From IMG/VR virus record IMGVR_UViG_3300027896_000024, positions 1 to 64,000 of that record: 64,000 bases of DNA. One strand, given 5' to 3'. Positions 18,599 to 27,313 of the stretch are shown here, in pieces. Under the pieces are notes generated by a model. It ran no database searches and was not told where the DNA came from. It saw only the letters and a program-made list of their open reading frames with translations. How positions within the stretch are numbered: the first letter of the stretch is position 1; the number at the start of each line of letters is the position of its first letter. The position numbers and the translations under genes are program-made. The DNA comes from a virus.

Positions 18599-19639
18599 GT
18601 GATGCAGAAGCGGAAAGGTTCCAACATATACAACAGATGGCGGCCACGTACTTTTGCTGAGTTTGTCGGCAATGAGCGCGTGGTTATTGGTGTTCGTAGA
18701 TTACTCGAACGTGAGGATCCGCCTCGTTCCTGGATGTTTGTAGGGCCGTCTGGTACTGGGAAAACCACAATGGCACGGGTGATAGCGGCATTCCTGAATT
18801 GTGAGGTAGCTACTAAACCACGGAACAAGCCCTGTGGAAAGTGCAAGGGCTGCCGGTCAGTATATGATGAGTCCAATATGGACTATTACGAAATCAACGC
18901 GGCAGAGAAACGCGGGATAGACTCGATCCGGGATCTGATAACAAATATGCGGTATGCCCCTCACGGCAAAGTAAAGGTGTACTGCATAGATGAAGTCCAC
19001 CAGTTGACTGCCGATGCGGCCAACGCCCTGTTAAAAGTATTCGAGGATGGTATCGGCGGAAACTACGTTATTTTATGTACTACGGAACCGAACAAGGTTC
19101 TGCCTACTCTGCGGACTCGTGCCGTCACGTTTGCGATGAAGGAATGGACTCTAGATGAGGCCACAACCGCCGCAGAGGAGGTGTTTGCTGGTGAGGGATT
19201 CACCAAGATTTCAGAGGGGCAAATCAGTAAGTTTGTTCAACGCATGATGGATATTGAGCAGTTGTCGCCTCGTGCGTTTTTGAATGCAATCGATGAGGTG
19301 ATCTCATCGGGATCGCTGGCAGTTCTATCATCTGTCGGTGGATTTGATGCGGACACGTTAGCGATTTGTCGGGCTGTTGCTTCTGGTGACTGGGACACGA
19401 TCCGGAGGATAGTCGAAGATCGGGAGGATCTGGATTCGGACCGTATGCGGGCGGCTGTTTGTGGATTCCTACGGAAGCGGTTGTTAGCGCAGGACCAGGG
19501 AACATTGGCCGCAGCGTATGCAGAGGCGTTAATCCTACTTGCTTGGCACAGTTCAGAAGTGACGGGTAAGTACAGCATACTGGGAAGGATTTATGAAGCT
19601 ACGGAAGCAATTTCGAAGGCATCGAATGAGTCAGACTAA
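18599..19639 (+). CDS. dnaX: Clamp loader, DNA polymerase III gamma/tau-like
   Basis: RWRPRTFAEFVG, GPSGTGKTT, CGKCKGC, IDEVHQL, NALLK, LCTTEP. Confidence 0.9.
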   Translation: MMQKRKGSNIYNRWRPRTFAEFVGNERVVIGVRRLLEREDPPRSWMFVGPSGTGKTTMARVIAAFLNCEVATKPRNKPCGKCKGCRSVYDESNMDYYEINAAEKRGIDSIRDLITNMRYAPHGKVKVYCIDEVHQLTADAANALLKVFEDGIGGNYVILCTTEPNKVLPTLRTRAVTFAMKEWTLDEATTAAEEVFAGEGFTKISEGQISKFVQRMMDIEQLSPRAFLNAIDEVISSGSLAVLSSVGGFDADTLAICRAVASGDWDTIRRIVEDREDLDSDRMRAAVCGFLRKRLLAQDQGTLAAAYAEALILLAWHSSEVTGKYSILGRIYEATEAISKASNESD

Positions 19640-19841
19640 TCGTTCCGTTCCGCTGAACGAACTCATGCTCGTATCAGATATTGTGACAGCCACGGGCCGT
19701 TCGCGAGTTGCGGTGTATAACATGATTGAGCGAGGCCGTTTGGTGCCGGCATGGGTATTCGATAACGGGATTATGTTGTTCCTGAAAACGGAACTGGAAA
19801 ACTTTGAATGGCCGAAACCGGGGAGACCAAAAAAATCATGA
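19626..19841 (+). CDS. AlpA/excisionase-like HTH protein
   Basis: SDIVTATGRSRVAVYNMIERGRL HTH; C-terminal PKPGRPKK. Confidence 0.65.
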   Translation: MSQTNRSVPLNELMLVSDIVTATGRSRVAVYNMIERGRLVPAWVFDNGIMLFLKTELENFEWPKPGRPKKS

Positions 19842-20548
19842 TAGCGATGGCGCATCCAGGATTAGAAAGGCAGTTAGGAGTTAATGGGGTAGTTTTGTTC
19901 TCTGGTGGCTTGGACTCGGCAGTAGTCCTGGCCTATGCACAAAGAACGGTAAATAAGGTGACTGCACTGTGCGTGAGTTATGGCCAGTCGTCACCGGAAC
20001 TGAACTTCGCAATTCAGTTTTGCAACAGGCTAGGAATCGATTTTCGGATTGCTGAAATCGGTGGCATGTTTCAGGGTAGAGTAGCTCTGACTCAGGACGC
20101 TGAGCTTCCGACTTCGGATCCGAAATCAGAGGAGCAAAAAGTAACGGTTGTTCCGAATCGAAATGGCGTCCTGTTGATGCTGGGAGTTGCGGAAGCAATT
20201 ATGACCGGAGCATCGAGGGTTTATTCGGGAATCCAATCGGGAGGTAGAATGCTGTATCCAGATAATCGACTAGATTATCTGGAGTGCTTGACTAAGGCGG
20301 CGTTTCTGGCAAACGACGAGTATCCAATCGAACTTAGGCATCCGTTCTGCGGTGCGTGCAAATCAGAAATCGTAAGAGTAGGATCAGTGCTGGGAGTTCC
20401 TTTTGAACTGACTTGTTCTTGCTACCGGCGCTCTGTTGACAATCCGTTTGCATCACAACATTGCGGAGTATGCAAAGCGTGCCAAACAAGGAGAGCGGCA
20501 TTTATTGAGGCGGGCGTTGAGGATCCTACGGAGTACGAAAAGCCGTAA
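19838..20548 (+). CDS. queC: 7-cyano-7-deazaguanine synthase
   Basis: LFSGGLDS, VPNRN, YPD, K..IV, SCY, HCGVCKACQTR. Confidence 0.93.
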   Translation: MIAMAHPGLERQLGVNGVVLFSGGLDSAVVLAYAQRTVNKVTALCVSYGQSSPELNFAIQFCNRLGIDFRIAEIGGMFQGRVALTQDAELPTSDPKSEEQKVTVVPNRNGVLLMLGVAEAIMTGASRVYSGIQSGGRMLYPDNRLDYLECLTKAAFLANDEYPIELRHPFCGACKSEIVRVGSVLGVPFELTCSCYRRSVDNPFASQHCGVCKACQTRRAAFIEAGVEDPTEYEKP

Positions 20549-20578
20549 TTTTAGTAGCTCGAAGTTGCGTGAAGGACG

Positions 20579-20622
20579 GGCGAGCCCTATATTTAGTGCG
20601 TCTAAAGGGCTCGCCATTTTTT
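20579..20622 (+). terminator. Intrinsic terminator insulating the early unit
   Basis: GGCGAGCCCT/AGGGCTCGCC stem then ATTTTTT. Confidence 0.8.
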
Positions 20623-20739
20623 ATGCCCGTGATTATCAACGTAGGCAAATCGATCTAGTAGGCCAAAAGGCCCCGAAATTATTTTTAGTCCGGACGGTAA
20701 AGCACTGGATTTGTAGCCGAATCCGGTTCGAAATAATCG

Positions 20740-20768
20740 TTGACAAGTATCTATATTTATTCCATAAT
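20740..20768 (+). promoter_or_regulatory. Sigma70-type early promoter
   Basis: TTGACA-17 nt-CATAAT. Confidence 0.8.
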
Positions 20769-20774
20769 ATAGGC

Positions 20775-21418
20775 GAGGTTAAGGATATGAGAACGAGAAC
20801 AAGCAAAAGGGAAACAAACCAAAGGCCAGAGGGGACAAGAAACCCGTCCTCGACCGGCGCGGCTTTCCCGGAGGTGGGGTTCTCGTCGAGCTTGAGCAGC
20901 CATCGCACCCTAGTTTTCTAGGCGCAGGTGGCACGGCGATCGATGATCCTAATTCGGGCTTTTGAGACTCCAAGCCGGGGCGACACGGTGAACCCGGAAG
21001 GAACAAATCGGAGAAAGCGGCTAGGTCGGCCTTAAGACTTTCACCTAAAGAAATCAGGCGAGTAGGGGAAAAGAGAGACGGGGAGACCCGGAGCATCGCG
21101 AAATCCTTTTCCAGCAAAAAGCCGGGTGAATAAAGGATCCGAGCAAAGCGAATCTGAGAGACGGCCAAATGACCCAGTGAGGGGAGGTCGTAAACCAGAT
21201 GAGTCGAGCGGAGTTCCTGGAAGGGGTAACGTCCCTAATTAGAGCGTGGGTACCTGAAAAATTCTTTCCCGTTTTGGTGGTCCGGTGGAAGGGATAAAAT
21301 CTAAGGTTAGCTAATTAGCAAAAGCGATAGACTCCGACCGCAAGTGCAGAGTTCCCGGCTATGCGGACGCCAAGCGAAAGCTCGGTAGGTTTTCTCTCAA
21401 ATCTCCTGTCGAGTTTTA
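20775..21418 (+). ncRNA. Candidate large structured ncRNA (about 650 nt)
   Basis: No convincing ORF over 650 nt in an otherwise dense genome; many hairpins; long-range pairings; bounded by the promoter and ribozyme 1. Confidence 0.5.
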
Positions 21419-21479
21419 GCAGAGGGCAATCAGGTTGTGAGACCTGGTTGTAATGCACGGTTAGGTCCCAAGTCCTAAC
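21419..21479 (+). ncRNA. Twister ribozyme copy 1 (permuted; predicted cut 21451/21452)
   Basis: GCA GAGGG CAATCAGGT-loop-ACCTGGTTG TAA TGC AC; P4 GTTAGG TCCCAAGT CCTAAC. Confidence 0.85.
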
Positions 21480-21498
21480 ATCAAAAGGAGAGAACAAC

Positions 21499-21672
21499 AT
21501 GAAAAACAAAACATGGCCAAACGAAAAAGACGTTTGCTATGATTGCGGAAGCAACATTCCAGGACATCATACTCCGTCATGCGATTTTGCGGAACCTGAT
21601 GACAAGCGCGATTTACCTGAGCAGCCTGGTACTCAATGGTGGACACGTGAAGTACCTGCGGAGTTGAAATAG
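21499..21672 (+). CDS. 57-aa Cys/His protein (absent from the ORF track)
   Basis: AAGGAGAG RBS; MKNKTWPNEKDVCYDCGSNIPGHHTPSC...; TAG overlaps ribozyme 2. Confidence 0.7.
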   Translation: MKNKTWPNEKDVCYDCGSNIPGHHTPSCDFAEPDDKRDLPEQPGTQWWTREVPAELK

Positions 21673-21736
21673 CAGAGGGCCGGCGTAAGCCGGTAATGCA
21701 CTTGCCGGGGGCACCGGCAATCGGTCCCAAGTCCGA
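21672..21736 (+). ncRNA. Twister ribozyme copy 2, with P3 (cut 21694/21695)
   Basis: P1 CCGGC-GTAA-GCCGG; P3 TTGCCGG/CCGGCAA; P4 TCGG TCCCAAGT CCGA. Confidence 0.85.
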
Positions 21737-21782
21737 ACAAGCACAGGGAACAAAACAACACAAAAAGAAAGAGAGAAATCAA

Positions 21783-22157
21783 ATGACGACTTCGAAAAAT
21801 ACGACCACTGCAACCGCAACTGCAACCGCTCCTGAAACCACGGCCCCGGCAGCAGCTCCAAAGGCTCCGACCCAGGCCAAACCGGTCGCCACCAAGAAAG
21901 CGGCCGTCAAGAAGGTCTTTATCTTCGTCGCGGTGGAACCGGACCTGTACCGGCTCACAATCGGATCGAACGCGGACTCGTCCAAGATTCGTAAGCTGCG
22001 TAATCACAACGCCAAGGAGATCAAGCAGGCTGTTGAGAACGCTTCGAACTTCGCGGGCCGGCCGCCCAAGCCGATCACGTTGAAGAAAGCGGATCTGAGC
22101 AAGTTCGGTCCCAAGGCCGCGCCGTTCACGGGTTTGAAGGCTTTCCGGATTGCGTAG
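21783..22157 (+). CDS. Basic Ala/Thr/Lys-rich protein
   Basis: MTTSKNTTTATATATAP...; A-rich leader after ribozyme 2. Confidence 0.65.
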   Translation: MTTSKNTTTATATATAPETTAPAAAPKAPTQAKPVATKKAAVKKVFIFVAVEPDLYRLTIGSNADSSKIRKLRNHNAKEIKQAVENASNFAGRPPKPITLKKADLSKFGPKAAPFTGLKAFRIA

Positions 22158-22162
22158 TTCCT

Positions 22163-22219
22163 GCAGAGGGGGTCGGCTTCGGCCGACCTAATGCACATGC
22201 TGGGTCCCAAGTCCCAGCA
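22163..22219 (+). ncRNA. Twister ribozyme copy 3 (cut 22189/22190)
   Basis: P1 GGTCGGC-TTCG-GCCGACC; P4 TGCTGGG TCCCAAGT CCCAGCA. Confidence 0.87.
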
Positions 22220-22239
22220 CTTCAAAAAGGAGAGACAAC

Positions 22240-22380
22240 ATGAAGAAGTTCTTTATTTGGTTATTTCTGATGTGGGCCGTACTTCACTTCGGAGCCAAGT
22301 GGGGCAAGGAAAACCAGGCGAAGGTGGAACAGCAGATTCACGAGTCAGGAATATTCCAGGTTGCGAATATCAACAAATAG
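22240..22380 (+). CDS. 46-aa membrane/secreted peptide (absent from the ORF track)
   Basis: AAGGAGAG RBS; MKKFFIWLFLMWAVLHFGAKWGKE...; TAG overlaps ribozyme 4. Confidence 0.7.
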   Translation: MKKFFIWLFLMWAVLHFGAKWGKENQAKVEQQIHESGIFQVANINK

Positions 22381-22437
22381 CAGAGGGCCAGGGTTCACGT
22401 CCCTGGTAATGCGGTAGGTCGGTCCCAAGCCCCGACC
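22380..22437 (+). ncRNA. Twister ribozyme copy 4 (cut 22407/22408)
   Basis: P1 CCAGGG/CCCTGG; P4 GGTCGG TCCCAAGCC CCGACC; T2 GGU/GCC. Confidence 0.82.
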
Positions 22438-22518
22438 ACAACGAATCATTCATTCCACAACACAACAAAACGGCCCAGGGCAAGGTAGGGCTGGAAAACC
22501 ACAAAAGGAGAGACAACA

Positions 22519-22983
22519 ATGACCGAGATCAAAACAAACAAAGGCACGTTTGAACTACCGGCCGGTGTTACCTTATCGGATTTAAAATATCCGTCTTGGA
22601 AAAGTTCCAAGCGGTTTGATTATTCCGAGGTTACCAAGCTGGGCCTGGATCATTCGGATTTGGAGTTAGATTTCTGGTACGTAAATTCAATTGGCTGGTG
22701 CCTTCCGACTTTACTTATTCACAGGGCCGGACGGAGATCAGCACCGGGAACAACGGACAGAACGTATGCGGTTGGTGTAAACGGAAATCATTACCGCATC
22801 GGCCATGGACCACACGTTCAGGCTGAGGTTAAGGTGTACGTCAACAAGGCAAATTTGGATCGCCTTCGAAAGTACATCGACCTTCGGAAGTCGGGTGCGG
22901 TACACGCCAACGAAACCCGGGATCGCATTTCAACACGGCGTATGAACACTATGAATCGTCGGAGCAGCTTATTTGGATTTTAG
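22519..22983 (+). CDS. Hypothetical early protein
   Basis: AAGGAGAG RBS; 154 aa; between ribozymes 4 and 5. Confidence 0.75.
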   Translation: MTEIKTNKGTFELPAGVTLSDLKYPSWKSSKRFDYSEVTKLGLDHSDLELDFWYVNSIGWCLPTLLIHRAGRRSAPGTTDRTYAVGVNGNHYRIGHGPHVQAEVKVYVNKANLDRLRKYIDLRKSGAVHANETRDRISTRRMNTMNRRSSLFGF

Positions 22984-23048
22984 CAGAGGGGGGCCGAAAG
23001 GCCCTAATGCCCACCGGATATAGGATCCGGTCAGGTCCCAAGGCCTGA
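22983..23048 (+). ncRNA. Twister ribozyme copy 5, with P3 (cut 23005/23006)
   Basis: P1 GGGCC-GAAA-GGCCC; P3 ACCGGAT/ATCCGGT; P4 loop TCCCAAGG with compensatory T2 CC/GG. Confidence 0.87.
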
Positions 23049-23086
23049 GGGTATTACCAAAAAAGAGAGATTAAGGAGACAATACA

Positions 23087-23806
23087 ATGAGCAAAAAGCA
23101 GAATAACGGCACTGATGATGAATCATTGGTATTCGCTGGCAAGGAGCTCACGTTGGAAGATGAGATGAACATTCTCAAGGGCGGGACAGTAGGCCTGGAA
23201 CAGTTCCTCGAAAACTTCCAGTTTCTGATTTTCGTCCTGGACGAGTCGGGTTCGATGCAAGACCGGCTGCCGAGTGGAGATACTCCGAAGCGTGAGGTTC
23301 AGAAGCGGATTATCAAACGGTATGTGGACGAGAAGATCGGACGCAAGGCCGGCACGATGAAGATCGGTGTTGTCAGCTTCGATGATGAAGCGTCCGTTTG
23401 GCTCCAGGGTTCGTCGGATCCGGTTGCAATCAAGGCCGCGGCGGACCAGTGCAGGGGCGGTGGCGGTACGCACCTCGGGCGCGGAATTCTCAAGGGTCTT
23501 TCATTACTCCACCGGATGAAAGATTATATTCCCCGTCTCGTTCTTACGTCGGATGGTGAGGCACATGATCCGGCTCAGGCAATCGCCGGAGCGGAAGCGG
23601 CCAAGGCCAAGGGCGTCGTAATCGACACGGTGTACATTGGCCCTGGTGGGGGCGGTGACGTATATGCGGATAATGCGGCTGATCTTATGCGGAGAATCGC
23701 TGAGATCACCGGCGGCGTGTTCGAGCGCGTAAACAATCAGTCGGAATTCGAAACCAAGTTTTTCGATGTGATCAAGCGCCCGTTGCTTGCAACCAGTTTG
23801 AAGTAG
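23087..23806 (+). CDS. von Willebrand factor A (VWA) domain protein
   Basis: MIDAS DESGSM, GGGT, LTSDGE, IAEITGG. Confidence 0.88.
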   Translation: MSKKQNNGTDDESLVFAGKELTLEDEMNILKGGTVGLEQFLENFQFLIFVLDESGSMQDRLPSGDTPKREVQKRIIKRYVDEKIGRKAGTMKIGVVSFDDEASVWLQGSSDPVAIKAAADQCRGGGGTHLGRGILKGLSLLHRMKDYIPRLVLTSDGEAHDPAQAIAGAEAAKAKGVVIDTVYIGPGGGGDVYADNAADLMRRIAEITGGVFERVNNQSEFETKFFDVIKRPLLATSLK

Positions 23807-23811
23807 TCCTC

Positions 23812-23864
23812 GCAGAGGGGGGCCGGTAACGGCCCTAATGCACGGGCCGGTCCCAAGTCCGGTC
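23812..23864 (+). ncRNA. Twister ribozyme copy 6 (cut 23836/23837)
   Basis: P1 GGGCCG-GTAA-CGGCCC; P4 GGCCGG TCCCAAGT CCGGTC. Confidence 0.87.
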
Positions 23865-23897
23865 GTCATTACAAACCACAAAAAGGAGAGAACGATC

Positions 23898-24599
23898 ATG
23901 GTATATGCTGATGATTTTCCAGAGCAACAAAAACAACAGGAAGCGCGGAAAGCGGCTATTAGGGCTCACAGGGCCGAGATGGACGCTAAGATCGAACAGT
24001 GCACGTTGGCCTTAGTCGTCGCGTTGGAAAACTATGGCCACAAGGTAGAACGGCATGGGCACAAGCAGGACGACAAAGTGATCCTCGGCGACATCTATCA
24101 TATTGACGGGGTGTACTTTTGGGATCTGCAGTTCTACGAACAAGGGCTTTACGCTCCTGGTGGATATCTCAGGGGTGCCGGAAATGGTAAACTGGCATTG
24201 CATTATCAGGATCCGAATTCAGTGCTTCAAAGGCGCGTTATCATTCGTGAGAAGAAAAGCGGTTTTGATTACAACACAATCGCCGCTACGTTGATAGCCT
24301 TGGCAGCCCCGTTAATACCGGCTGCTAAGGAACGGTTGGAGCGGGAAGCGAAGCAGGCCGAGGCCAACGCCAAAGCGGAACAGATCCGGGACATGGCGAG
24401 CGCTTTACAGCAACAGTTTCGGAGCAAAACGTTGACGAACTTGAGTATTCAATATCAGAACTGGTGCGGCAAATTTGAGGTTTCGTTCAATACGGAGACC
24501 TTGGAAGAGGCGCAAGCAATTCTGAGCCGGTTGGTTCCGAATAAAACGGAATCGCCCGACGACGCAATCGAAGAAGCGAGGCGTAGAATACACGGTTAG
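23898..24599 (+). CDS. Hypothetical early protein
   Basis: AAGGAGAG RBS before ATG 23898. Confidence 0.7.
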   Translation: MVYADDFPEQQKQQEARKAAIRAHRAEMDAKIEQCTLALVVALENYGHKVERHGHKQDDKVILGDIYHIDGVYFWDLQFYEQGLYAPGGYLRGAGNGKLALHYQDPNSVLQRRVIIREKKSGFDYNTIAATLIALAAPLIPAAKERLEREAKQAEANAKAEQIRDMASALQQQFRSKTLTNLSIQYQNWCGKFEVSFNTETLEEAQAILSRLVPNKTESPDDAIEEARRRIHG

Positions 24600-24673
24600 C
24601 AGAGGGGGGCGAGCTAACACAGTCGCCCTAATGCACTAGTACATTCTTTAAGTACTAATGGTCCCAAGTCCAT
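24599..24673 (+). ncRNA. Twister ribozyme copy 7, with P3 (cut 24629/24630)
   Basis: P1 GGGCGA/TCGCCC; P3 TAGTAC/GTACTA; P4 ATGG TCCCAAGT CCAT. Confidence 0.83.
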
Positions 24674-24701
24674 AAACAAAAAAGAGAGAAGAGGAGATAA
24701 C

Positions 24702-25466
24702 ATGAACCCAAGGAAGCTGTTGGCACAGCTCAGGCGGGTGTATTCACAGTTTACCAAAATGGCTAAGCAGCCGATCGAGGACAGGAACAAGTTGCTCGTA
24801 TCTGCGGTGGCCATAATGGATGCTGTAGTGCGCCTGGCAATTGTTCAATACAAATCGCAACTGCCTCAGAACGCGGCCAAGCTTTTCGATATCGCGGGAA
24901 AGTGCAGAGCTAGGGCGATGAGTACAACATTCAACGAAGAGAAGGATTTATCACTTCGGATAGCACTTCTGAAAATGGAACAAATGATTCCCATGTTAAG
25001 CCCGCCGGCGTTTCAGCTCTATATTGACAAGTTCAATCTTAGGGCGTCGGCACATAAAGAGGGCAAGTCGGCCAAAGGTCCCAAAGCACCACGGGCACCA
25101 AGAACACCGGCGAGCGCCCAGCCTCAAAATCAGTATGGTGTACGGCGGAAGTTTTCTCCGGTGCCTCAAATAGTACCGGTTGGTTCGCCGCTGATTATCA
25201 ACATTCTATTTGCTAATCTAAAGACCCCGTTCAGGGCGTCTTCGGCAAAGGCAAAGGCATTTCGTTTCTGGTTCGAGGACTTCCGTACTAAGGAAGAGGT
25301 CGCTCAATACCTGAACCAGGTTACCAACGGGAAGGGCAAATCGCTAGTCTGGTTACTCTGGAACAAGAGGAACGGCGGCGACGAGTCGATGCACTGGTCG
25401 TTTATTCAAAAGGGCAACAAGAGCAAGCTGGTTGTATGCGATCCGACCAAGCTTCCGAAACCATAG
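24702..25466 (+). CDS. Basic protein with a C-terminal domain shared with 34305-35120
   Basis: TPFRASSAKAKAF...GGDESMHW vs TPFRAGSAKEKAF...GGDKSMSW. Confidence 0.7.
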   Translation: MNPRKLLAQLRRVYSQFTKMAKQPIEDRNKLLVSAVAIMDAVVRLAIVQYKSQLPQNAAKLFDIAGKCRARAMSTTFNEEKDLSLRIALLKMEQMIPMLSPPAFQLYIDKFNLRASAHKEGKSAKGPKAPRAPRTPASAQPQNQYGVRRKFSPVPQIVPVGSPLIINILFANLKTPFRASSAKAKAFRFWFEDFRTKEEVAQYLNQVTNGKGKSLVWLLWNKRNGGDESMHWSFIQKGNKSKLVVCDPTKLPKP

Positions 25467-25529
25467 CAGAGGGGCAGCAGGCCTGAGGAACCTGCTGCTA
25501 ATGCACATTCCGGGTCCCAAGTCCCGGAA
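25466..25529 (+). ncRNA. Twister ribozyme copy 8 (cut 25499/25500)
   Basis: P1 GCAGCAGG/CCTGCTGC; P4 TTCCGGG TCCCAAGT CCCGGAA. Confidence 0.87.
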
Positions 25530-25549
25530 CACAAAAAGGAGAGAGCAAC

Positions 25550-25768
25550 ATGGCAGAGATTTTGAAGTGCGAGAAATGCGGCCAAAAGAATAGGGTCGAT
25601 ATATCGCGTTTAGCTCAGTCTATGTGTGCTAAGTGCGGTTGTCCTTTATTTATTCGGCCAGCACCCGGAAGAGATCTTATTGGAGATCTGGCCAACAAGC
25701 TGGAAGCGGCAGCTAAGAATGAGAGGTTCCGTAGAACGCAGGAATACATTTATAGAAGTCGTAACTAA
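25550..25768 (+). CDS. Zinc-ribbon protein resembling the thioredoxin-2 N-terminal finger
   Basis: CEKCGQKNRV...CAKCG. Confidence 0.65.
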   Translation: MAEILKCEKCGQKNRVDISRLAQSMCAKCGCPLFIRPAPGRDLIGDLANKLEAAAKNERFRRTQEYIYRSRN

Positions 25769-25821
25769 GCAGAGGGGGGCCGAAAGGCCCTAATGCACGG
25801 CTTCGGTCCCAAGTCCGAAGC
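25769..25821 (+). ncRNA. Twister ribozyme copy 9 (cut 25791/25792)
   Basis: P1 GGGCC-GAAA-GGCCC; P4 GCTTCGG TCCCAAGT CCGAAGC. Confidence 0.87.
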
Positions 25822-25844
25822 GTCATTACAAAAAGGGAGACAAC

Positions 25845-26318
25845 ATGGAACCAAGACAGTTCGAGGCACAATGCTACAAAACACTGGAAGAGTACGATCG
25901 TACTTATTTCGGCAGCGTAGGCAGCGTGATCGGGATTCGCCTTACTCGGTTTGCTAGAGATTACGAAGCACTCCAGCAGTTCGAGGCAATAACGCGAAAA
26001 CGATTCGGGTTGGTTATGGTGACGCTGGGTATGTACGATTCGGAGTCTCGCCTGGTGTATCTTAATTACCACGTCAGGCACCTGGTAAATAAAGGCTACT
26101 TTACCACGGAGTTGCGGGCGGTCTTATACCATGAGTTGATTCATGCGGTCTTGTGCAATGCGCATCAGCCTATCAGGTTAGGGCTGTACCGCTGTTATTC
26201 ACAAGGCGGCCACGGACCTGCTTTTCAAAAGCTCTGGAACAGTAATAATGAGCTTCGAGAGGTAAACGTGCAGCCGTTATGTTCCGCGGTTTGGGACAGA
26301 ATGGAGAAGCGGCTATGA
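25845..26318 (+). CDS. SprT-like zinc metalloprotease
   Basis: VLYHELIHA and GHGPAF motifs. Confidence 0.8.
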   Translation: MEPRQFEAQCYKTLEEYDRTYFGSVGSVIGIRLTRFARDYEALQQFEAITRKRFGLVMVTLGMYDSESRLVYLNYHVRHLVNKGYFTTELRAVLYHELIHAVLCNAHQPIRLGLYRCYSQGGHGPAFQKLWNSNNELREVNVQPLCSAVWDRMEKRL

Positions 26319-26896
26319 ACATCCAGGCGTTTTTCGATCAGCTTAAACTCGAACTCTCATTACTTAAACACACGGTGGATGATGAGTTCGAGATGTTTGA
26401 TAATAGGCCGCTTCGGTTAACGGTCGCAGGTTCCTTGGGATCAGATTCCCAGGCAATCGCATTCGGTTTCTACGGAGATCGAAAAGTGCTTCGGGGTGCT
26501 ATGAGCCCCGAGGCTATTGCTTCCGCGATCCATATGTATCTGCAAACCAGGAACGTAGGTACCGGGGCAAAACCACAACCGAACAGAGACATTCTCAATA
26601 CCAAACGGCCGTACGATCAGTACAAACAGTCACAGCAACAAAGACCTCATACAAAACCGATCAAGCCTCAGGAACCTAAACGTCGAGTTTGGGCAATGGG
26701 GCCGTCACAGTTTCAGGGTACACCGCTAGACCAGTTAAGGTTGGCGGACTTCGATGGTAAGGTTCAAACAGTCACAGTCAAGGGTGAGATCAAGACGGCA
26801 TCAGACCTGGTGTTGGCGGACTTGCCCGAAAAACAACAGCTTATGCTCAAGATACTTGAGCGGGCACTCAATAGGTTGAACAAACAGTTATCCTAA
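26315..26896 (+). CDS. Hypothetical protein
   Basis: ATGA overlap with the SprT-like gene. Confidence 0.65.
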   Translation: MNIQAFFDQLKLELSLLKHTVDDEFEMFDNRPLRLTVAGSLGSDSQAIAFGFYGDRKVLRGAMSPEAIASAIHMYLQTRNVGTGAKPQPNRDILNTKRPYDQYKQSQQQRPHTKPIKPQEPKRRVWAMGPSQFQGTPLDQLRLADFDGKVQTVTVKGEIKTASDLVLADLPEKQQLMLKILERALNRLNKQLS

Positions 26897-26911
26897 AAAG
26901 GAGAGAACAAC

Positions 26912-27313
26912 ATGGCTAAGCGAGTTTTGACTTGCGGTAATGAGGATTGCAAGCAAAAGAATAACGTCGATATGGACCGCCTGAAGGCGGCCTACTGCGG
27001 GAAGTGCTCGTTTCCGATGTACATGGCCGTCGAACTCCAAGTTCGTGAGGACGAGGAGGAGGAATCGGTCGATGATCTGATTGACGAAATGGCCGGTGCG
27101 GAAGAGGACGATGAACCGGAAGAGGACGAGGAAGATGATTCGGAAGAGGAAGCCGAGGAAATCTTTCTCTGCCCGCTTTGTGGACAGACTGAGGTACCTG
27201 AGGAAGGGCGGGCCTGCTCCAAGTGCCTAGCCGCTCAGAAAAAAGCGGCCAAGGGCAAGGCAGGGGCGAAAAAACCCGCATCCAAGGGCAAGACCAAACC
27301 GAAAGTAAACTAG
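26912..27313 (+). CDS. Zinc-ribbon protein with acidic linker and basic tail
   Basis: N-terminal finger similar to 25550-25768; second CxxC...CxxC. Confidence 0.7.
   Translation: MAKRVLTCGNEDCKQKNNVDMDRLKAAYCGKCSFPMYMAVELQVREDEEEESVDDLIDEMAGAEEDDEPEEDEEDDSEEEAEEIFLCPLCGQTEVPEEGRACSKCLAAQKKAAKGKAGAKKPASKGKTKPKVN

Noticed and set aside
20787-20921. 44-aa ORF at the start of the long leader
   Set aside because: Poorly spaced RBS, unlike the strong leaders of the array genes, and it overlaps predicted RNA stems; not excluded but unsupported
21696-21782. ORF-track N-terminal extensions starting at the ATG within TAATGC (21696, 22191, 23838) or crossing a ribozyme (29626)
   Set aside because: These starts lie in or upstream of the ribozyme core and have no RBS; the real starts follow the downstream A-rich RBS
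22106-22118. CGGTCCCAAGGCCG, and similar partial matches near 25077 and 61813 (GCAGAGGGTCCC)
   Set aside because: They lie inside CDSs and lack the other half of the core, so they are chance partial matches
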